Shown piece after piece: positions 58,335 to 64,000 of a stretch of DNA of 64,000 nucleotides. Every line of letters starts with the position of its first letter. The first letter of the stretch is position 1. The stretch is from NCBI RefSeq assembly GCF_046119375.1, contig NW_027362771.1, positions 418,996,001 to 419,060,000 on the forward strand, given 5' to 3'. Below the pieces are notes generated by a model. That model was given only the letters and a program-made list of their open reading frames with translations. It ran no database searches and had not been told where the DNA came from. The position numbers and the translations under genes were made by a program. This DNA comes from Phyllobates terribilis (Eukaryota).

Positions 58335-59439
58335 GGTGGTGCAGAGGGAATGAGAACCCTAAATAGGGAGGAGACAGCTGTTACTACTTACCAGGGGACG
58401 TCCTGATTACTGGGCGCCACCAGTGCACGCCTTCACCGCCGTCACCATCACACCCGGTTAGCGTCATCCAAGTGCGACAATGTCACAGTCAGATGACCCA
58501 CCTCCTGAGCGCGAGGGAGAGAGCGAGTGGCGCGCACGCGCAGACGGCGCACAATGTCACCGCAGCCATGATGGAATAGGGCAAAGGATATGGGCAAAGG
58601 AGAAGAGCGCAAACCAAATAAAAAAATATATCCCAAGAGATCCAGATCATAGTAATAACAGATCAAAAAGCATCATTGGACAAAGACTGCTTATGTATGT
58701 ATATATGGAAGCACCTATGGGTTGGTCAAGGTGCCATCACATCATAAGTTCATCCAGAGAATATAATTGATCAACATGATTACAAGCGATTAATAACATC
58801 CTTAATCTCCATATGAATTAGTTTGACATTAATAATCCATTATATATAAAAATTAATTTTACAATGATAATCCATTATATATACATGTCAATAATATAAT
58901 TACTATAATCATAAACAGAATTGCAGATAAATAATGCCATTCTTAACCAGTAATGCAATTAATGTAATACAGAAACATAGATAGTTGAATATCATTCTTC
59001 GCCAACAATATAGTTAATACAATCATAGACCTAATTGAAGACAGTTAGTAGCATTCTTAGCCAATGCAGATATTCTTTGATGTTATTCGTCTGTTGTATG
59101 AGTATATTTATCTCATTATAATAAATACCCAATAAACAATAGCCAAATTTGGAAAGCACCATTCAAAGAGTGCATATTTCATAATCACTTTCAAAAGATG
59201 ATGTCTTCTATTGTTGTCAATTCTAATAAAATCCCATTATCCTTATAGTCCCACAGCTGCAAGGAAACCCTCCTCCCAGTGATGTTGATTATGAACGATC
59301 CGATTTCTAAAAATAAATGTGTATTTAAAAACCGTTAGGAACATTACACATACACACATAGACTCTACCCTAATTCCAATCAGACCAGGATTCACCCAAC
59401 ATGAATGATCATTATTTCATCAAAATTCAGTCATAAACA

Positions 59440-60110
59440 CCCTTTAAGGAGAGGCTCCAAAAAACTTGAGAAACCCAACTGCTCATTCAAGCCTCTAGGA
59501 GTCATACTCCTAAGCATGGTTATCCACTTACCTGTGATAGTTTTTTAAACATATTTCCCCCACAATTTCCAGGATAAATTCTATCTATCCCTCTCACTTT
59601 AAGGAGATGCTCCTGATGTGGATGATAATCCCTGAAGTATCTCTCTAGGGGTTTAAGTTTCCCAATGGCACCTACCTTGTTTCGTCCAATGTTGTCCGCT
59701 GCCCTGATATCTTTAATATGTTGCAAAACCCGAACCCGTAGTTCTCGAGTTGTCATTCTTATATACATCCGGTCACACAGGCAGGTTTCCTGATAGATTA
59801 CATGCGTAGTTCTAGAATTGATGAAGTGCAATATCTTATATGAGCGTTGACCACTTGAATCCTCAAATGAATCAGTCTTCACAATATATTTACATGCCGC
59901 ACAATTGCCACAAGCTCATGTGCCCCATTTTGGACCTTGTGAGCCGAACAAGTAGGAAGAGGTGTCTGGTATATGATGACTGTGCACCAGAATGTCACGC
60001 AGTGTTTTACTTCTTTTTGCTGTTATCAGAGGCTTGCTGGGAATCAATGGTGCAATGGAGGGATCTTGCTGCAAAATCGGCCAATGCTTAGAGATGACGT
60101 TAGTCATTTC
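59440..60110 (-). pseudogene. Decayed PLE C-terminus (thumb linker + GIY-YIG); AT-rich 3' region extends left to about 57300
   Basis: SKHWPILQQDP...RSKTLRDILVHS; INSRTTHVIYQETCLCDRMYIRMTTRELRVRVLQH; PRGLNEQLGFSSFL-like end. Confidence 0.8.
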
Positions 60111-60687
60111 CCTCCAACGAGAGTGATAGTTCGTTATAAATCGTAATTGCTGATTTATTATGCACTATATCAAAATACACCAATCAGCCATACCACTAAA
60201 CATCGATCAGCCATACTACTAAACACCGATCAGCCACACCACTAAACACCAACTTACACTGTTCCTGTTAGAACACTCCTGTTAATTTTTTCTATTTTGC
60301 TGGTCACATGACTTTTTGCCTATTTAATCCAGCTCCGCCCTCCTGGCCTTGCTGGACTTCAGTGTTACATTTACTCTTAAGCTAGCCAGGTGCCTTGTAC
60401 CTTACTCTGTAGTTTGCTTGGTCTTTTGACCACTAGTACTTCTGTTTGTTTGTTCATCTTTGCTCTGCTACAATTTCTGCTAGGAGGTGTCCAACTATAT
60501 CCCAGTCCTTAGTTCTTGTAGGGACCCCTCCCTTATATCTATAGGTCTGCGTTCAGACTAGCCGAGTACTTAGGCGGGTCTGTTCACAAGGAACAGGTCC
60601 CCCGCTGCATCGTAGGGAATCAGCTTAGCCCTATTGTAGGGACAGTTTTCCTATCTTTCCTTAGTGTTTGTAGCAGTTCATAACAGT

Positions 60688-60696
60688 AAGTCCAGC
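60688..60696 (+). promoter_or_regulatory. Self-priming PBS (AAGTCCAGC), complementary to LTR 60351-60359
   Basis: GCTGGACTT lies 30 nt after the start of TATTTAA (60321-60327); no TGG-type tRNA PBS after the LTR. Confidence 0.7.
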
Positions 60697-60739
60697 CCAA
60701 AAAAAAAAACACTCTAAGGAAAGAAATCCTGATTTCAGC

Positions 60740-61882
60740 ATGGTGTCGGTTCAGGAGTTGGCTCAACGCCTGCAGGGACTGTCTTTGGAGGTGGCCGAGC
60801 TCCAGCAACACGTGAGTAGCTGTCCTGGAGCGCATTTTGTCGAACCGAAGGTAGGACTGCCAGATTTTTTTTATGGTAAACGGCAAGATTTTTTTCACTT
60901 TAAAAACGCTTGTTTATTATATTTTCGTTTAAGACCCAGATCCTCGGGGAATGAATCACAGCGCATTGGGTTTATAATGTCACTTTTGCGCAAACAACCA
61001 CAGGGATGGGCCTTTTCTCTACAACCTAATGATCCGTGTTTTAGATCTGTGGAAGATTTTTTTTCTGCTATGGGGTTGTTGTATGATGATCCTGATCGAG
61101 TCTCAACTGCTGAAACTGAATTAAGACGTTTGAAGCAGGGATCAGGTGATGTGGAAAATTATTGTACATACTTCAGAAGATGGTCGGCTGAAGTGGAATG
61201 GAATGACTCAGCATTAAAATGTTTGTTTCTTGATGGTCTAGGTGAAAGGGTTAAGGATCTGCTGATTGCCTTCCCAAAACCTAGAACCTTGCAGGAGGCA
61301 ATGCAATTAGCCATACGTGTGGACAGGAGACTGCGTGCTAGGAGTAATGAAGAGAAATCTACTGCCATGGCTTCTAGTTTTCAGAGGGTCTGTTCTGAGG
61401 GTGGAGAACCGATGGAGATTGGGGCGATGTCACCCCACTCTCAGGAAAAAGACCGCAGGTTTGCTAAAGGATTGTGTTTTTATTGCGGTAAATCTGAGCA
61501 CTTTATTAAGAACTGTGTGCTTCGTTTGAACAAAGAAAAAAAAAAAGAGGTCAGTTACGCCCGCATAGCTTGTTTAAACTCAAAAGGAGTATTTCTTTCT
61601 GGAAGCACCTCATTCCAGGAGGAGTTGATTGAATTTCGGGTATTTGTGGATTGTGGTTCAACACTCAATGTGATTGATGAGGGTTTTTTGGAAAAATGTA
61701 AATTAGAATCCAAACTTTTGTCATCTCCTATTTCTGTGGTTGCTGTTGATGGCTCTCCCTTGAAAGGTATTACTCACAAGGTTTTTGAATTTCCCCTCAC
61801 CATCAATGGTATCCACCAAGAGAATTTGGATTTGGCGGTATTAAATAATTTGCCTGCTCCAGTGGTTTTGGGGTTACCTTAG
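60740..61882 (+). CDS. gag: Gag-protease ORF, ended by a probable TGG-to-TAG nonsense change
   Basis: EPKVGLPDFF, LRRLKQG, EPMEIG, CFYCGKSEHFIKNC, VDCGST; ends VVLGLP* where LPWL is expected (downstream LKLHNPVLDW). Confidence 0.85.
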   Translation: MVSVQELAQRLQGLSLEVAELQQHVSSCPGAHFVEPKVGLPDFFYGKRQDFFHFKNACLLYFRLRPRSSGNESQRIGFIMSLLRKQPQGWAFSLQPNDPCFRSVEDFFSAMGLLYDDPDRVSTAETELRRLKQGSGDVENYCTYFRRWSAEVEWNDSALKCLFLDGLGERVKDLLIAFPKPRTLQEAMQLAIRVDRRLRARSNEEKSTAMASSFQRVCSEGGEPMEIGAMSPHSQEKDRRFAKGLCFYCGKSEHFIKNCVLRLNKEKKKEVSYARIACLNSKGVFLSGSTSFQEELIEFRVFVDCGSTLNVIDEGFLEKCKLESKLLSSPISVVAVDGSPLKGITHKVFEFPLTINGIHQENLDLAVLNNLPAPVVLGLP

Positions 61883-64000
61883 TTAAAATTGCACAATCCT
61901 GTACTGGACTGGTCTACCAATGAAATTAAGTCTTGGAGTCCTAAGTGTTATGATAGATGTTGCAACGGTCGCATTGCTGCTGTGGAAAGAGGGGAATTAC
62001 CTGTACCTATTCAGGATTTTTGGAAGGTTTTTTCTGAGGAGGAGTCGCAAGTTTTGCCTCCTCATAGGGACTATGATTGTACTATTGAGTTTGTCCCTGG
62101 AGCAACTCTTCCCAAGAGTCGCTTATTTAATCTTACTATCCCTGAGAGAAAGGCCTTGGAGGAATACATACAGACAAGCTTGGCCGCCAGTCACATTAGA
62201 CCTTCTAAGTCACCTGTGGCTGTTGGATTCTTTTTTGTAAAAAAAAAAGGACGGCGGTTTACGTCCATGTCTGGACTTTCGCGAAATTAATAAAATTACA
62301 GTACGCAATTCCTACCCACTGCCTTTAATTCCTGACTTGTTCAACCAGTTAGTGGGGGCCAAGTGGTTCTCTAAGATTGATCTCCGGGGGGCATACAATT
62401 TGTTACGTATGAAGGAAGGTGATGAGTGGAAAACTGCTTTTAACACTCCAGTGGGTCATTTTGAGAATCTGGTTATGCCCTTTGGTCTTACCAACGCAAC
62501 AGCGTTTTTTCAGAACCTTATTAATGACATCCTAAGACCGTTGATCGGTAAGAATGTGGTGGTGTATTTGGATGACATTTTGATTTTTGCGCCGGATCTG
62601 GAGTCTCATTGGCAGAGCGTACGTGAGGTATTGCAGTTGTTAAGCGACAATTCACTTTTTGCTAAGCTGGAGAAATGTGAGTTCGCTGTGCAGAGAATTA
62701 GTTTTTTGGGCTACATTATCTCCAGCAAGGGATTTGAGATGGACCCGGTGAAGGTTCAGGCAGTTCAGGAATGGCCTAGGCCTATTGGTTTGAAACCAAT
62801 ACAGAGATTTTTGGGTTTCGCCAATTATTACAGAAAATTCATTAAGAATTTTTCTATAATTGTTAAGCCGCTGACCGATCTCACCAGGAAAGGTGCGAAT
62901 ACGGTCCAGTGGACTACTGAGGCCATTGAAGCTTTTGTGTATCTCAAGGAGAGGTTCAGTTCTGCCCCCATCCTTATGCAGCCTGATGAGACCAAGCCTT
63001 TTTTGGTCGAGGTTGATGCTTCTTCGGTGGGGGTCGGTGCTGTTTTGTCTCAGGAAAACAAGGATGGAGTACATCCCTGTGCTTTTTTTTCAAAAAATTT
63101 TTCTGAGACCGAACTTAATTACGATGTCGGTAATCAGGAATTGCTGGCGATTAAACTCGCATTTGAACATTGGCGTCATCTCTTGGAAGGTGCTAAATTT
63201 ACCATTCAGGTTTTTACTGATCATAAGAATCTGATCTATCTTGATGCTGCCAAGCGCTTGAATGCCCGTCAAGCTAGGTGGGCACTTTTTTTTTTGCGGT
63301 TTAATTTTTCTGTTACTTACATTCCGGGTACTAAGAATGTAAAAGCTGATGCTTTATCTCGCAGTTTTTCTCCCATGGTTGGTACCGAGGAGAGCATTTT
63401 ACAGGAAGGTGTTGTGATAGCAGCATTGGACTCCGGTTTGGAAGATGGGATTCTGAAAGCCCAGGAGGATGCCCCATCTAACACTCCCCATGGGAGGTTG
63501 TTTGTGCCTTGGAACTTTAGGAGAGATTTGTTTGTGGAGTGTCATGAGTCTCGGTTGGCAGATCATCCAGGAATTTCGGACACTAAGAGACTCGTAGGTC
63601 GCAGTTTTTGGTGCCCTGGGTGGCAGAAGGAAGTCATTAAGTGGGTGCGTCAATGTACTGTGTGTGCTAGATCTAAGTCTTCACATGCTCCTGCTGCGGG
63701 GTTGCTTTGCCCTCTGGAGGTTCCTAGTGCTCCTTGGACGCATCTTGCTATGGATTTTATTACTGACCTTCCTGCCTCTGAGGGTTTCACTGTTATCTGG
63801 GTGGTCGTGGACCGTTTTAGCAAGATGTGTCACTTGGTTCCCTTCATCAAACTGCCCTGCGCCAAGACACTCGCTAAGGCTTTTGTTAAAGAAATTGTCA
63901 GGCTCCATGGCGTTCCTACCGACATTGTTTCCGATAGGGGACCTCAGTTCGTGGCTCGTTTTTTGCCTTTTGTGACAGGTTGGGAGTCCATTTGTCATTT
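61883..64000 (+). pseudogene. pol: Sushi-type pol (RT, RNase H, partial integrase) with frameshift
   Basis: PPHRDYDCTI, FFVKKK frameshift in an A run near 62240, VYLDDI, EVDASS, H...HPG...CTVC, WTHLAMDFITDLP, VSDRGPQF. Confidence 0.88.

Larger units (their letters stand above)
60266..64000 (+). mobile_element. Sushi/Tf1-type Ty3/Gypsy element, decayed, truncated by the window end
   Basis: LTR 60266-60685 (TGTTA...TAACA), Sushi/PEG10-like gag, protease, RT, RH and start of IN. Confidence 0.92.

Noticed and set aside
61525-61560. Programmed frameshift between gag and protease in the Sushi element
   Set aside because: Gag and protease are in one frame in this copy; the A-rich run makes the native arrangement uncertain without a consensus.

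Overview
Vertebrate genomic DNA that is almost entirely transposable elements. The repeat families suggest a frog, possibly a dendrobatid; this is inference only. I recognised no host gene exon. Main contents in order: (1) a non-autonomous piggyBac-like DNA element with a palindromic 383-bp satellite, interrupted by a young, apparently intact Ty3/Gypsy element (4472-12303, minus; gag, -1 frameshift, PR-RT-RH-IN, tRNA-Ser PBS, 4-bp TSD); (2) an ~11-kb fold-back of decayed Penelope-like (PLE) sequence split by an L2 LINE; (3) MITEs, Tc1 relics, minisatellites and a solo LTR; (4) a complete young PLE insertion (36713-44344) with an intact RT/GIY-YIG ORF, an extra upstream ORF and hammerhead motifs; (5) three solo LTRs nested inside each other; (6) a 4.9-kb non-autonomous LTR element (50241-55163) with no recognisable gag or pol, whose single long ORF ends in a cold-shock (Y-box/CspA-type) domain; (7) a decayed Sushi-type Gypsy with a self-priming signature, cut off by the window end. 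Item 6 is the best candidate for an undescribed system. It shares PBS, PPT, LTR termini, U5 blocks and leader repeats with the autonomous Gypsy of item 1. All alignments were done by eye; no database search was run.
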